Assembly (NCBI GenBank): GCA_019352195.1
Contig: JACAFG010000007.1
Span: forward strand, 10,046-74,045
Origin: Candidatus Saccharimonadota bacterium
Lineage (GTDB): Bacteria; Patescibacteriota; Saccharimonadia; UBA4664
DNA length: 64,000 nucleotides
Direction: 5' to 3'
The notes under the pieces are model-generated. The model was not told the origin of the DNA. It did not search any database and worked only from the letters and a program-made list of their open reading frames with translations. Made by a program: the position numbers and the translations under genes. Shown in pieces: positions 37,938 through 48,181 of the stretch. How positions within the stretch are numbered: position 1 is the first letter of the stretch; each line of letters opens with the position of its first letter.

Positions 37938-39209
37938 CTAGCCTGCTTCTACCGCTTCATCTTCAAAATAGATTTCACTAAGCGTATCAGTTGAAGCATG
38001 GAAGGGGACTCGTTTAATGACCTCATCCTCCATGCCGGTCATCTTGGCGGTGTGAACAGTATATTCACCGTAGGTGTCATTACAGGCATCAACCGCGTCA
38101 GCGATGCGGATCGTCCGTTCGACATCCGTCTCAAATAACGTCGCCGGCAACTCCGCTACCAACTTCAGTCCGTAACACGTCACCGACAAATGTGTTACCT
38201 TACCAGCCGGCCGCTCGGCAAGGAGTGTCATCGCGTAAGCGTGCAAATCCCCGGTCCCGTACAAAATCGCCGAACTCTTTTTTGATTTATGCCACCACGT
38301 CCGGTCCATGTAGGAGCAGCTGACATCGATCCCTTGCGCGTAATGCTTGCTGCGGCGCAGTCGCCGGCCCATCTTCTCGCACAACTTCATCATGATTCGG
38401 TCGAGGTCTTTGTCCCGGCCAGTAAAGTGATGCAAGGCGTACTGCTGCCCATATGAGCGCCGCTGGAAGCTGACATCATCTACCTCCCAGCCCCGCAGCC
38501 GTAAAAACCACTGGTAGCCGTTAACACTATGAAAGACTTGCTTCCAGAGCTTCCAGACCGGCGCGTCCAAAAATTCCACCGGTGTGGTAATGCCGGCCAT
38601 GACCAGACGTACCTTATTACGCGTATTAATGCCGCATAGATCCATCAGGTCGAGGCTACTATATACCTCCCGCAAATTCTCATGCGTGATCACATCCAGT
38701 CCATCAGGTTTATGCAGACCGGCCGCCAATTTGGCCAAAAACCGGTTTGTTCCAATCCCCACATTACAGGTCAAAGAGTCGCCAATCTCAGCCGCCATCC
38801 GGGTCTTTATCTCACGCCCAATTTCAACCATATCCTTGTGATGCATTCCGAGTGTGCCCTGGAAGTTAATGACCGCTTCGTCAATCGATAGCGGCACCAC
38901 GTCCGGCGAATACTCCTTAAAGAGCTTTGAGAAGCGCTGATGAATGTAAAAGTATTTATCCGGGTCGGACGGTATGATGACAGCCTCCGGAATGACTGCT
39001 AAAGCGTCGCGCACCCGTCCGATCTTCACGCCCCGCGCCTTCATCTCCTTTGACGGGGAGATAATACAGCCGCCCATTGATACGTTAGCGGCCACCCCAA
39101 CCGACTTACCCCGGAGTAACCGGTTGGCTTGCTGTTCGACGCTCGCAAAGCACGAGTTCATATCAACATGCATCACGAGCGGACTGGCATCGTTAATTCG
39201 GTAATCCAT
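37938..39209 (-). CDS. dinB: Y-family DNA polymerase (DinB/Pol IV-like)
   Basis: HVDMNSCFASVEQ, SIDEA, GIGTN.FLAKLA...KPDG. Confidence 0.92.
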   Translation of the reverse strand: MDYRINDASPLVMHVDMNSCFASVEQQANRLLRGKSVGVAANVSMGGCIISPSKEMKARGVKIGRVRDALAVIPEAVIIPSDPDKYFYIHQRFSKLFKEYSPDVVPLSIDEAVINFQGTLGMHHKDMVEIGREIKTRMAAEIGDSLTCNVGIGTNRFLAKLAAGLHKPDGLDVITHENLREVYSSLDLMDLCGINTRNKVRLVMAGITTPVEFLDAPVWKLWKQVFHSVNGYQWFLRLRGWEVDDVSFQRRSYGQQYALHHFTGRDKDLDRIMMKLCEKMGRRLRRSKHYAQGIDVSCSYMDRTWWHKSKKSSAILYGTGDLHAYAMTLLAERPAGKVTHLSVTCYGLKLVAELPATLFETDVERTIRIADAVDACNDTYGEYTVHTAKMTGMEDEVIKRVPFHASTDTLSEIYFEDEAVEAG

Positions 39210-39453
39210 CGTTAATCTCCATTAAAAACCAATGCTGTGACCTCGTGTTGTAGTCGAGCCGGAAGTAGCTCGTCCCGTTACTAACCGAGTACACATAATG
39301 GAGCGTTTTACCCTCCCAAACGGGATGGCATAGATCGACCTGGTGAAAGGTAAAATAGCGTTGCTTCCACTTAACCTTCCAGGGAATCGGATTGGGCTGA
39401 CCCGGCTGATAGATCGCCAATACCCCGACTTCTTCATTGATATGATCTGTCAT
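39193..39453 (-). CDS. small beta-rich protein cotranscribed with the Y-family polymerase
   Basis: P..V.W..R.F, Y.YSV, F.L.Y......W.L; overlaps polymerase start. Confidence 0.75.
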   Translation of the reverse strand: MTDHINEEVGVLAIYQPGQPNPIPWKVKWKQRYFTFHQVDLCHPVWEGKTLHYVYSVSNGTSYFRLDYNTRSQHWFLMEINDGLPN

Positions 39454-39596
39454 CGCGCCCCCAGAATCAGATCATAGGCCGAACATAGACCGTACACAAG
39501 CATAAGCGTCGATCATATCGCACAGGTGCTACGCGGCGTGATAATTCCTACCCCAAGGGTTAGTCGTGGTATTATGAGTTCGAAAGAAGGTGAATA

Positions 39597-39992
39597 ATGC
39601 TGCGCCTATTAGCTCGGTTTTGTATCACGCTCATCGGGAACGCCATTGGACTGTTAATCGCTGCCTTTGCCTTGTCGGGACTGAGCATCGATACCTTATC
39701 TTTTGTCGTCGTCGTGGTAGTTTTTACCATCATCGAGATCATTCTGGGGCCCTTGCTTGAGAAAATCGCCACCGCCAATGTCCCCGCTATGTCTGGCGGC
39801 ATCGCTTTAGTCACCGCTTTTGTAGGGCTATTTCTCACCAATCTCTTCTTAAACGGTTTAACCATCACCGGCCTCAGCACCTGGATTATCGCGCCCCTCA
39901 TTATTTGGGTATGCACCGTGCTAGCAGCGGTCATTTTACCACTCTTCCTATTTAAGAAAACACTGCGTAATCGAATCGATAACAACCAATAA
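39597..39992 (+). CDS. 4-TM phage holin/YvlD-like membrane protein
   Basis: four TM segments, NAIGLL.AA..L.G. Confidence 0.7.
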   Translation: MLRLLARFCITLIGNAIGLLIAAFALSGLSIDTLSFVVVVVVFTIIEIILGPLLEKIATANVPAMSGGIALVTAFVGLFLTNLFLNGLTITGLSTWIIAPLIIWVCTVLAAVILPLFLFKKTLRNRIDNNQ

Positions 39993-40050
39993 TGGCTTTC
40001 TTCGGTAACCTTACAACCGTCACCAACGATAGTAATCTCGCGTGCAATCT

Positions 40051-41781
40051 ATGACAAAGCCGTTACCACCGCGCCACCAAAAAAACCAAGCGCCGTCACT
40101 ACCAAGCCGGACCAGCACCATGACCGCCTGGCTCCATCACCACCTTAAGCTCAGTTGTATCGGCTTAATTTTCGGTGTAGCGGGCTATTTTATGGCGCTC
40201 ACGCCGTCACTTATGCCGCGGCCAGCCTTGTTTATGGGGCTCATTGCGGGCATTAACTTTACCGTTTGGTATGGCTTCGGTCTGATAGTCAGCGCCTGCT
40301 TGCGTTGGCTTAAACTACCAGAGCCCGCGCAATCACGAAAACAGACCATTTGGCGCCTTACCCTGGTCGTGATTGCGGTCCTCATCGTAATCTTTGGCGT
40401 TATGTCAGCCAATTGGCAAAACAGCGTCCGAATTGCCCTGAATCAACCGGTCCTCCAGGGAACTGACATCTTAAGCGTCCTCCTAATCTCAATTCTCACC
40501 GCAGCTGGCATACTCGCCTTATCACGCCAAATCCGGCGACTCTATCGCTACGTCGATCATAAATTGGCCGCCAAAGCGCGCGTCATACCCAGCCGACTGG
40601 CCGCGCTTCTCAGCGTTGTCATTGTCGCCGTTGTCATCGGTCTAACCATCAACGGTGTTGTTCTGCGCGGACTAAAACTCGCCGCCAATAACTTTTATCG
40701 CAGTTCCAACCAACAAACACAGGCCGGCGCCAACGAGCCGTCCACGAGCCTCCGTTCAGGGGGACCGGCTTCACTCGTCAGCTGGGCCAGTCTGGGCCGA
40801 CAGGGACGTAACTTTGTCGGTCAGGGTCCCACGCCCGCCCAACTAACAGCCTTTAGCGCTCAACCGGCGCTCCAGCCAATCCGGGTCTACGCCGGGATCG
40901 ACAGCGCCGACACCATCCAAGGCCGCGCCAATCTGGCGCTCGCGGAGCTAGAGCGTACCGGGGCTTTCAATCGTCAGGTACTTGTCGTTATGACAACGAC
41001 CGGCTCCGGCTGGATCGATCCCCAGTCTTCTGACGCGATCGAATACATGTACAACGGCAACACCGCTCTCGCCACCATTCAGTACTCGTACTTGCCCAGC
41101 TGGATGGCACTGCTCGCTAACCGCGGCGACGCCACCAGCGCCGGCCAGACGTTATTTGATACCATCTACGCCAAATGGCGCACCCTGCCAGCCGCCTCAC
41201 GGCCCAAACTGTACGCCTATGGCCTCAGCCTGGGCTCATTTGGTGGCCAGTCCGCCTTTAGCGGCGCCAGCGATCTGGCAGCCCGTACTGACGGCGCTCT
41301 CTTTATGGGTACGCCTGGCTTTAGCTTCCCGTGGACCAGACTCACCACCGACCGTGCCCCCGGCAGCCCAGAAATACTGCCCGTTTATCAGGACGGTACG
41401 ATCGTTCGCTTTGCCGCCACCAGCGCCGATATCACCGCCGACCAATCGAACTGGCAGGGCTCCCGGACGCTCTATATGCAGCATCCCTCAGACCCAGTCG
41501 TGTGGTGGAGTCCCAGCTACCTGTTCAGCGAACCCGATTGGCTGAAAGAGCCGCGCGGCTATGACGTCTCACCGCACGTTCATTGGTACCCGTTTATCAC
41601 TTTTCTCCAGCTAACCGTCGACCAGTTTTTTGCCAACGACGTTCCCGGCGGCCACGGGCATGATTATGGTTCAACCATCGCCGATGCCTGGCAAGCCGTA
41701 ACGCAGCCCGCCAATTGGTCCGCCAGCCAAAGTGCCAAGCTCCAGCACCTTATCAACACCGTCTCGGCCCAAGAAAATTAA
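40051..41781 (+). CDS. membrane alpha/beta hydrolase (Abhydrolase_9-like)
   Basis: TPSLMPR, W.SLGRQGR.FV, TTGSGWI, QYSYLPSW, GLSLG, SDPVVWW, HGH.Y. Confidence 0.9.
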   Translation: MTKPLPPRHQKNQAPSLPSRTSTMTAWLHHHLKLSCIGLIFGVAGYFMALTPSLMPRPALFMGLIAGINFTVWYGFGLIVSACLRWLKLPEPAQSRKQTIWRLTLVVIAVLIVIFGVMSANWQNSVRIALNQPVLQGTDILSVLLISILTAAGILALSRQIRRLYRYVDHKLAAKARVIPSRLAALLSVVIVAVVIGLTINGVVLRGLKLAANNFYRSSNQQTQAGANEPSTSLRSGGPASLVSWASLGRQGRNFVGQGPTPAQLTAFSAQPALQPIRVYAGIDSADTIQGRANLALAELERTGAFNRQVLVVMTTTGSGWIDPQSSDAIEYMYNGNTALATIQYSYLPSWMALLANRGDATSAGQTLFDTIYAKWRTLPAASRPKLYAYGLSLGSFGGQSAFSGASDLAARTDGALFMGTPGFSFPWTRLTTDRAPGSPEILPVYQDGTIVRFAATSADITADQSNWQGSRTLYMQHPSDPVVWWSPSYLFSEPDWLKEPRGYDVSPHVHWYPFITFLQLTVDQFFANDVPGGHGHDYGSTIADAWQAVTQPANWSASQSAKLQHLINTVSAQEN

Positions 41782-41828
41782 CCCCTGGCAAATAAGAGCT
41801 GACGAACCCACCAGTCAACGACAATCCT

Positions 41829-42614
41829 ATGCTAATACTGCTTCACACCTCCAAAACCATGCGACCACCGGCCGAGGATAACCGCTTCGTTCTTGGCGAA
41901 CCGCCCTTACTTACCCAAGCCGCCACCCTCGCGGCCTATCTAAAAACCTTGCCAGCAAGTAAGCTCGGCCAGGTCATGGGACTTTCATCCAAGCTTGCCG
42001 GCACCACCCATGAGCTTATCTCCAGCTGGTCGTCCGCGCCCAGTCTCCAACGTGCCGCCATCGACAGCTTTTTGGGCGACATCTACAGCGGCCTACAAGT
42101 CTCCACCTGGAGCACTTCAGACCGGGCGTACGCCGATACTCATCTACAAATCTTGTCGGGTTTATACGGCGTTCTGCGGCCTCACGACGGAATTTATCCG
42201 TATCGCCTCGAAATGGGCTACAAACTGCCCGAGGCCAAGTTTGCCAATTTATATTCCTATTGGGGCCACTCTATCGCCGACGTCTTGCCCACAACGGGCC
42301 CGATCATCAACTTAACGGCCGCCGAATATAGCAAAGTCGTCACGCCCTTTATCGATAGTGACCGCCTGATCACGCCGTCGTTTCTTACCGTCAATCAAAC
42401 TACCGGCGAGCCAACCTTTGTCACGGTTCACACCAAAGTCGCCCGCGGTGCCTTGGCCGCGTGGCTAATCAAAAACCGCATTGAAACCCCCGACGAGCTG
42501 CGTGAATTTAACAACCTTGGTTACACCTACCGGGCGGAGCTTAGTACACCGTCGGTACCGGTCTTTGTTTGTAACGTCTACGGCGGACTTGGTTTAAGCG
42601 TCCGGCTGAGCTAG
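41829..42614 (+). CDS. yaaA: peroxide stress protein YaaA
   Basis: SKTM, G..Y.GL, ILSGLYG.LRP.D.I.PYRLEMG, K.ARG. Confidence 0.9.
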   Translation: MLILLHTSKTMRPPAEDNRFVLGEPPLLTQAATLAAYLKTLPASKLGQVMGLSSKLAGTTHELISSWSSAPSLQRAAIDSFLGDIYSGLQVSTWSTSDRAYADTHLQILSGLYGVLRPHDGIYPYRLEMGYKLPEAKFANLYSYWGHSIADVLPTTGPIINLTAAEYSKVVTPFIDSDRLITPSFLTVNQTTGEPTFVTVHTKVARGALAAWLIKNRIETPDELREFNNLGYTYRAELSTPSVPVFVCNVYGGLGLSVRLS

Positions 42615-43063
42615 TCGGCTTGAGGCGTCTCGGCCGATTTGTTTTTACGCGAGCGCTTAATCGCCTTAATGTCGAATAATCCCACCGTTTCTTCAAGCGC
42701 TGCTTGGTTTATCGGGGTAGTTTGACGGCCAATCATAATCAGGCCAATGGGGGACGCCACCGTCAGCCAAAACAGCGAGAACGCCGTGCCGCGGTCAAAA
42801 ATTCGACCCAGCCGAATAGCCGCCGAACCAGCATAGACTGCTCCTGCGTAAGGAACGAGCGACAAATAAAACCAGCGCTTTGGCGCCCCGGTCGCAATAA
42901 TGAGCGCGTAATAGCTAAAAAACGGCAGAAAGGCGTACCACTTAAAGTGGTTCAGTCGTCTCAAAACCATCACCAGACCAATGGTGTACAAGACGTAGGT
43001 GATAGCCAAAAAGATCACCACGACCAGGCCGACGCCCAGTAAAAAGTTGATAAAGCCATCCAT
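42611..43063 (-). CDS. hypothetical membrane protein
   Basis: several TM segments; TATACT 6 nt before ATG. Confidence 0.7.
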   Translation of the reverse strand: MDGFINFLLGVGLVVVIFLAITYVLYTIGLVMVLRRLNHFKWYAFLPFFSYYALIIATGAPKRWFYLSLVPYAGAVYAGSAAIRLGRIFDRGTAFSLFWLTVASPIGLIMIGRQTTPINQAALEETVGLFDIKAIKRSRKNKSAETPQAD

Positions 43064-43143
43064 GGCCCAAGTATAGCTCTATTTAGGCAAAAAGTAAGCC
43101 AGTCTTCATTCCCAAACGCTCGTCTAGCAGGCATAATGAGCCC

Positions 43144-44622
43144 ATGCATCCAGTGTTATCGGGAATCTGGACCATCACTCTTGCCGGCCTGTACGTGGCG
43201 GGCTGGGTTATTCGGGTATGGTCAATCTTTATTGTTCCGTTGAATCGCCGGCCTAGCTCCGCTCTCAGGTGGTTGCTCGTCATGATGGCCTTTCCCTGGT
43301 TTGGCTTCATCTTGTTTAAACTTATCGGTAGCACAAAGCTACCGGCCAAACGCCAACAAGATCAATATATTGCCGACCAGCTTATCCGCGACGCCGTGAC
43401 TACGGCGGCCAAAGACCCTAAGCTCAAACCGCTGCTCCAACCGGCGGTGCCCGTGCCGTACCGCGCCTTTGAGAAGCTGTCGCACAACTTAGGTGGTCTG
43501 CCGGCCTTTACCAGTAACACGATCGAGCTCATACCAAACTACCCTGACGTCTTTAAACGCCTCAAAGCCGACATTGATGCAGCCACCCAGTTCGTCCACC
43601 TGGAGTTCTATATTATTGCCTGGGACCTACCGACGGAGCTGGTCCTCTTGGCCCTCGGCCAGGCGGTTAAACGAGGCGTCAAAGTCCGGTTGCTGTTCGA
43701 TCAGTTTGGTTCCAAAAAGTACCCCGGCCACGCCACCTTAGTCTCGCGTCTCGAGGCTCTGGGCGCCGAGGTTCATCCCATGCTGCCCGTCCACTTCAGG
43801 CGTCATGACTTTACGCGCCCTGATCTGCGTAATCACCGCAAGATTGGCGTTATCGACGGCAATATTGCCTACACCGGCTCGCTCAACCTTATTAACCGGA
43901 CCTACCACCGTAAAGATGACATTTACTATGACGAACTGGTAGCGCGCTCCACAGGCCCGGTCGTGCCTCAGTTTGAAGCCGTCTTTTTAACCGATTGGGC
44001 CGCCGAAGCCAACGAAATGCTTACCGCAGACATGCATCCCGAGATCCAGCTCTCACCCCGCGCCACTGGCCGCACCTTGGCCCAAGTTGTGCCCAGCGGA
44101 CCGGCCTTTGAAACCGAAAATAATCTCAAACTCTTTGCCGCGCTCATCCACTCTGCGGCCACGACCGTAACGATCGTCAATCCCTACTTTGTTCCTGATG
44201 AATCGCTGCTGGTGGCTATAACCAGCGCCGCTAACCGCGGCGTGCGTGTGTGCATGATCAACTCCGCGGTCAGTGATCAGTTCTTAGTCAGCAATTCGCA
44301 GCGCTCCTACTACGATCAGCTGCTCGCCGCCGGGGTCGAAATCTATCTCTATAACCAGCCTATCTTATTACATACCAAAACGATTACGATTGACGACCAG
44401 GTCGCCATCATTGGCTCCAGCAACTTCGACATGCGCTCTTTCACCCTTAACCTCGAAGTCACGCTCATAGCCTACGACCCCGAAGTCGTCGCCAGTCTCC
44501 AAACGATAGAGCAAACGTATCTGTCTCGCTCCGCCCAGGTAACAGCCAAAGACTGGCACCAACGTACTACCCGCGCGCGCGTGCTGGAAAACATTGCCCG
44601 CCTCACCTCAGCCGTCCAATAG
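43144..44622 (+). CDS. cls: cardiolipin synthase
   Basis: two N-terminal TMs, HRKIGVID and HTKTITID HKD motifs, GSSNFDMRSF.LN.E. Confidence 0.92.
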   Translation: MHPVLSGIWTITLAGLYVAGWVIRVWSIFIVPLNRRPSSALRWLLVMMAFPWFGFILFKLIGSTKLPAKRQQDQYIADQLIRDAVTTAAKDPKLKPLLQPAVPVPYRAFEKLSHNLGGLPAFTSNTIELIPNYPDVFKRLKADIDAATQFVHLEFYIIAWDLPTELVLLALGQAVKRGVKVRLLFDQFGSKKYPGHATLVSRLEALGAEVHPMLPVHFRRHDFTRPDLRNHRKIGVIDGNIAYTGSLNLINRTYHRKDDIYYDELVARSTGPVVPQFEAVFLTDWAAEANEMLTADMHPEIQLSPRATGRTLAQVVPSGPAFETENNLKLFAALIHSAATTVTIVNPYFVPDESLLVAITSAANRGVRVCMINSAVSDQFLVSNSQRSYYDQLLAAGVEIYLYNQPILLHTKTITIDDQVAIIGSSNFDMRSFTLNLEVTLIAYDPEVVASLQTIEQTYLSRSAQVTAKDWHQRTTRARVLENIARLTSAVQ

Positions 44623-44699
44623 CCTGACATCAGGTTATGATTTCGTACCAATAAATCTTTTACCCCCGGCTCTAACATAGCCCCAAGGAGTCTTAACCA

Positions 44700-45203
44700 A
44701 TGCCAAATTTCTCACAACCAAGTCACAAAATTACCCCGTTTCTGTGGTTCGACACCGAGGCCGAAGCCGCCATGAACTTCTATATCAGTGTCTTTAAGAA
44801 TTCACGGGTGCTCAGCACCTCGCGCTACCCTGACGCCATGCCAGGTCGCGGCGGCACATTGATGGCCGCCAACTTTGAACTCGACGGCCAGCAATTTACG
44901 GCCCTCAACGCGGGCCCCGACTACACGTTCACCGAAGCCGTGTCATTCTTTGTCTCCTGCGACTCGCAGGACGAAGTCGACGACTTCTGGACCAAACTCA
45001 CGGCGGACGGCGGAGAAGCCGGCCAATGTGGTTGGCTTAAAGACAAATTCGGTCTCAGCTGGCAAATTGTTCCTTCCGCCATGGGGGACTTGTTGGGCGA
45101 TCCAGACCCCGAAAAGGCCAGTCGCACGATGACGGCCATGATGGCGATGCATAAGCTCGACCTGCCAGCTCTCAAGCGCGCCCACGACGGTGAACCCGCA
45201 TAA
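44700..45203 (+). CDS. VOC family protein (PhnB/3-dmu-9-like)
   Basis: KITPFLWFD, ALN.GP, CGWLKDKFG.SWQIVP. Confidence 0.92.
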   Translation: MPNFSQPSHKITPFLWFDTEAEAAMNFYISVFKNSRVLSTSRYPDAMPGRGGTLMAANFELDGQQFTALNAGPDYTFTEAVSFFVSCDSQDEVDDFWTKLTADGGEAGQCGWLKDKFGLSWQIVPSAMGDLLGDPDPEKASRTMTAMMAMHKLDLPALKRAHDGEPA

Positions 45204-45289
45204 CCAAACGAGGCTTGGGGTAGGTACAATTTCGCCAACAATGTGTTAGAATCAGCGAAACTAACACGCCAACGCGCGCAAGGAGCAGC

Positions 45290-45499
45290 ATGACGAATCC
45301 ACCCAAGTTTTGGCTCGGTCTCATTCTCGCCATTATTGGTGGCTGGGTAGTGTATCTCGGCGCCGATTACGCCAATACCAATTTAGTCGGGTTATATAAC
45401 TCCCCAGCTATTGGTTTTAGCGTAATTATTCTCGGCTTTGTCGGCATCACAACTGGCCTCGTCGTTATGCTCATGGGCTGGCTTGGTAGTAGACGCTAA
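45290..45499 (+). CDS. small membrane protein
   Basis: AAGGAG RBS, two TM segments. Confidence 0.65.
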   Translation: MTNPPKFWLGLILAIIGGWVVYLGADYANTNLVGLYNSPAIGFSVIILGFVGITTGLVVMLMGWLGSRR

Positions 45500-45558
45500 C
45501 ACCTGAGCCCCATCAAACCACCCGGCCTTAAGCCGGGTGTTTGGTCGACTCGCAAGTC

Positions 45559-46680
45559 CTAGTATTTGAGCGGTATGCCCTTGATGCGGTGGCGATCGTA
45601 CAGCGAAATAGTGGTATAGAGCAAAATCATAATCACCGGTCCATAGACCACGCCGAGCATACCGAAGAAACTAACCCCGGCAAAGGCGCCCACGAGCAGC
45701 AGCACCGCTGGTAAATTCGACTCTTTAGGCGCCAGATACGGCCGCATGACATTATCGACGTTGTTAATGATCACCACCTGAACCAGCATGATCAACACGC
45801 CCTGCCATGTCTGACCAAGCACCACCAAAATCATCCCGATGGGGAAGAAGACTATCGCCGAACCCAACGGCACGAGCGACAAAAACGTAAACAAGACAAA
45901 CCAAAACGGCAAATATCCAAAGCCGACAATCCACAGCGTCAGCGTCGAGAAAAAGCCCACAATCAGCGCGATGACAAACGTGCCTTTGACCATGGCGACT
46001 GACATCGCCCGCACGGAGCGAAAGTACTCATCATCAATCGCCTCATCAAACGGGCTGAGATGGCGGATCAGCTGCAGGACGTCCGCCTTGCGCGTCAAGA
46101 GAATCGCAAACAGCATAAAAAACACGATGATATCGATAAACAGACGAAAAATGTTACTGCTCGCACTTAACACAAAATTAATGAGCGCCGGACCAATTTG
46201 TTTAGCCGCATTGATCAGCAGATTACGCACGCTATCGCGCGAGACACTCACGCCCGGCACTTGATTGATCCCCGAGGTCAGACTATCTGCCACATGTCTC
46301 AGGTTGTCACTGCTCAGCCAGCCCTGTTGTTGGATCTGGTCATACAGTAACGTCGCATCATAGAGCGACAACGCCACGACAATCACCACCGGAATAATAA
46401 CCACAAGCAGCACAATGATAATCGTCAGCAAGGTGGCAAAGCGTCCCAGTTTTGGTCGTCGTGACAGCCTCGTGTGTAGCGGGTCTGACAATATCACCAG
46501 AAGTGCTGCCAGTGCCAAAGCGCCCAGGTAGTCGCGCACGAAATAAGCACCGCCAACGAGAGCGATAATCAGCAACACGGCCGCCGCTTTCCGACTGGTA
46601 ACAGCCGTGCTTGGCGCCGTAACAGCCTGCGAACTATCGCTTGGTTGTTTGCCGAACAGATTTTTTAGCCAGTTAAACAT
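45559..46680 (-). CDS. AI-2E family transporter
   Basis: VP.GS, DN.MRP.L, G....FG.LG..YGP. Confidence 0.88.
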   Translation of the reverse strand: MFNWLKNLFGKQPSDSSQAVTAPSTAVTSRKAAAVLLIIALVGGAYFVRDYLGALALAALLVILSDPLHTRLSRRPKLGRFATLLTIIIVLLVVIIPVVIVVALSLYDATLLYDQIQQQGWLSSDNLRHVADSLTSGINQVPGVSVSRDSVRNLLINAAKQIGPALINFVLSASSNIFRLFIDIIVFFMLFAILLTRKADVLQLIRHLSPFDEAIDDEYFRSVRAMSVAMVKGTFVIALIVGFFSTLTLWIVGFGYLPFWFVLFTFLSLVPLGSAIVFFPIGMILVVLGQTWQGVLIMLVQVVIINNVDNVMRPYLAPKESNLPAVLLLVGAFAGVSFFGMLGVVYGPVIMILLYTTISLYDRHRIKGIPLKY

Positions 46681-46748
46681 CGTGTTAGCGTCAGGCAACC
46701 GTTAATAGACTATATTATCGAATAAATTCAATATAAATGCAAGTTCTT

Positions 46749-47501
46749 CTACCGCTGGCTGCGAGCGGCCATCCGCGCGAGCAAGCGCAAAATCTCGAGA
46801 TATAACCAAATCAGTCCCACCATCAGGCCATAGGCGCCGTACCACTCGTAGTATTTGGGCAACTTTTCTTTACTCGCTCTAGCAATAAAGTCAAAATCTA
46901 GCACCAAGCTCAGCGCGGCCACAATCACAATCGCTACCCCAAAAATAATGGCGTAGTTGCTGTAACCAAACACCAGCGGCGTACTCTGCGAAAACAAACT
47001 AAAGACCCACGAGAGAAGCTCAAACATCACTAGGCCCAACATGGCGGTAATGATTATGCGGGCGAATTTACCGCTGGCTTTGAGAAATCCCAGCGAGTAA
47101 CCCAGAAAGACCGCCGAAAACACCGCCAAAGTGGTAAAGACGGCTTGGCCAACGATGCCTTCGTAAACCGTCGCGAACATCCCCGAAATAATCCCCAGCA
47201 ACCCGCCCTGCAGCACGGCATAAACCAAACTCAGCGGCCGCGCTAGTTTGGGATTAAACGAGATCGTCAGGCCTAAAAAGAAGGTGCTCAGTGACACAAT
47301 CCATAGCGGTAACCAGCGAATAGCCGAGCCCGCGGCGGCCGAACTTACGTACTGCCAAGAGAGAGCCGCGGCAATGATGACCACGACAAACAGCAGCAAC
47401 GTTTTAACGTACGTTCCGGCCTCCGTCATCGTTTTGCCGCCCGCGGCTGCCTTGTCAGTTACGTTAAGACGACTAAAGGCGGGGTTACCTGACTTTTCCA
47501 A
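46749..47501 (-). CDS. Bax inhibitor-1/YccA family protein
   Basis: MT..GT..KT, LVLDFD, W..AYGLMV.LIWLYLEILRLL. Confidence 0.9.
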   Translation of the reverse strand: MEKSGNPAFSRLNVTDKAAAGGKTMTEAGTYVKTLLLFVVVIIAAALSWQYVSSAAAGSAIRWLPLWIVSLSTFFLGLTISFNPKLARPLSLVYAVLQGGLLGIISGMFATVYEGIVGQAVFTTLAVFSAVFLGYSLGFLKASGKFARIIITAMLGLVMFELLSWVFSLFSQSTPLVFGYSNYAIIFGVAIVIVAALSLVLDFDFIARASKEKLPKYYEWYGAYGLMVGLIWLYLEILRLLARMAARSQR

Positions 47502-47581
47502 TGAATCTCCGATTGAATGTGAGTTAATGGCTTGCTTTAAGCAAATAATAACAGTTTAACCGTTCTAACCCAAGTACAACG

Positions 47582-47980
47582 TCATAACTTCGTCAGCGAC
47601 GCGACCGTAATAGTCCCATCCGATTTGTAACTGGTAGTGGGGGTCGTGAGATTACCTACAACCGTTAAACGCTGCCCGGTCGGGAGCGAGCCCACCAGCG
47701 TTGGATCGCTGGCATAAAGCGCGTAAGCGGTCCCGCTCGTGGTTTGCAGTCCTAGCGCGCAGCTAGCCGCTTGCTGACTCGTGGCACTTACGGGCGATAG
47801 ACAAATAAGCGTGCCCGTCCAAGTCGACGTAGTGGCCGCTACCTTTGGACTGGGCGACGAGCTACTCCCGCCGTCAGCTGGGCTTAACGTTCGGGGTTTA
47901 AAAATGACATAGCTAGCCGTCGCCACCAATAAAACCACCACGACAGCCCCCGCTACGTAGTACAACGTCGCGCGTTTCAT
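47582..47980 (-). CDS. membrane-anchored hypothetical protein
   Basis: TM helix, G...CL, CALGL.T..G..YAL. Confidence 0.7.
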   Translation of the reverse strand: MKRATLYYVAGAVVVVLLVATASYVIFKPRTLSPADGGSSSSPSPKVAATTSTWTGTLICLSPVSATSQQAASCALGLQTTSGTAYALYASDPTLVGSLPTGQRLTVVGNLTTPTTSYKSDGTITVASLTKL

Positions 47981-48181
47981 GCCAGTTTGGCACCAACAAA
48001 CGCGTTACAGGTAGCAGCAGGCATCGGCATGAGGTATCTCCCGGAAGTCATTACTCCCAGTGTATGCCTCGCAGCGACGTTCGAACAGGGCATAACATGA
48101 ACAATCATTGACTAATACACGGAATTAAGCTATAATATATTATCCATCGTTGCACCCTCTCCGTCCGACAGGCCCTCATCC

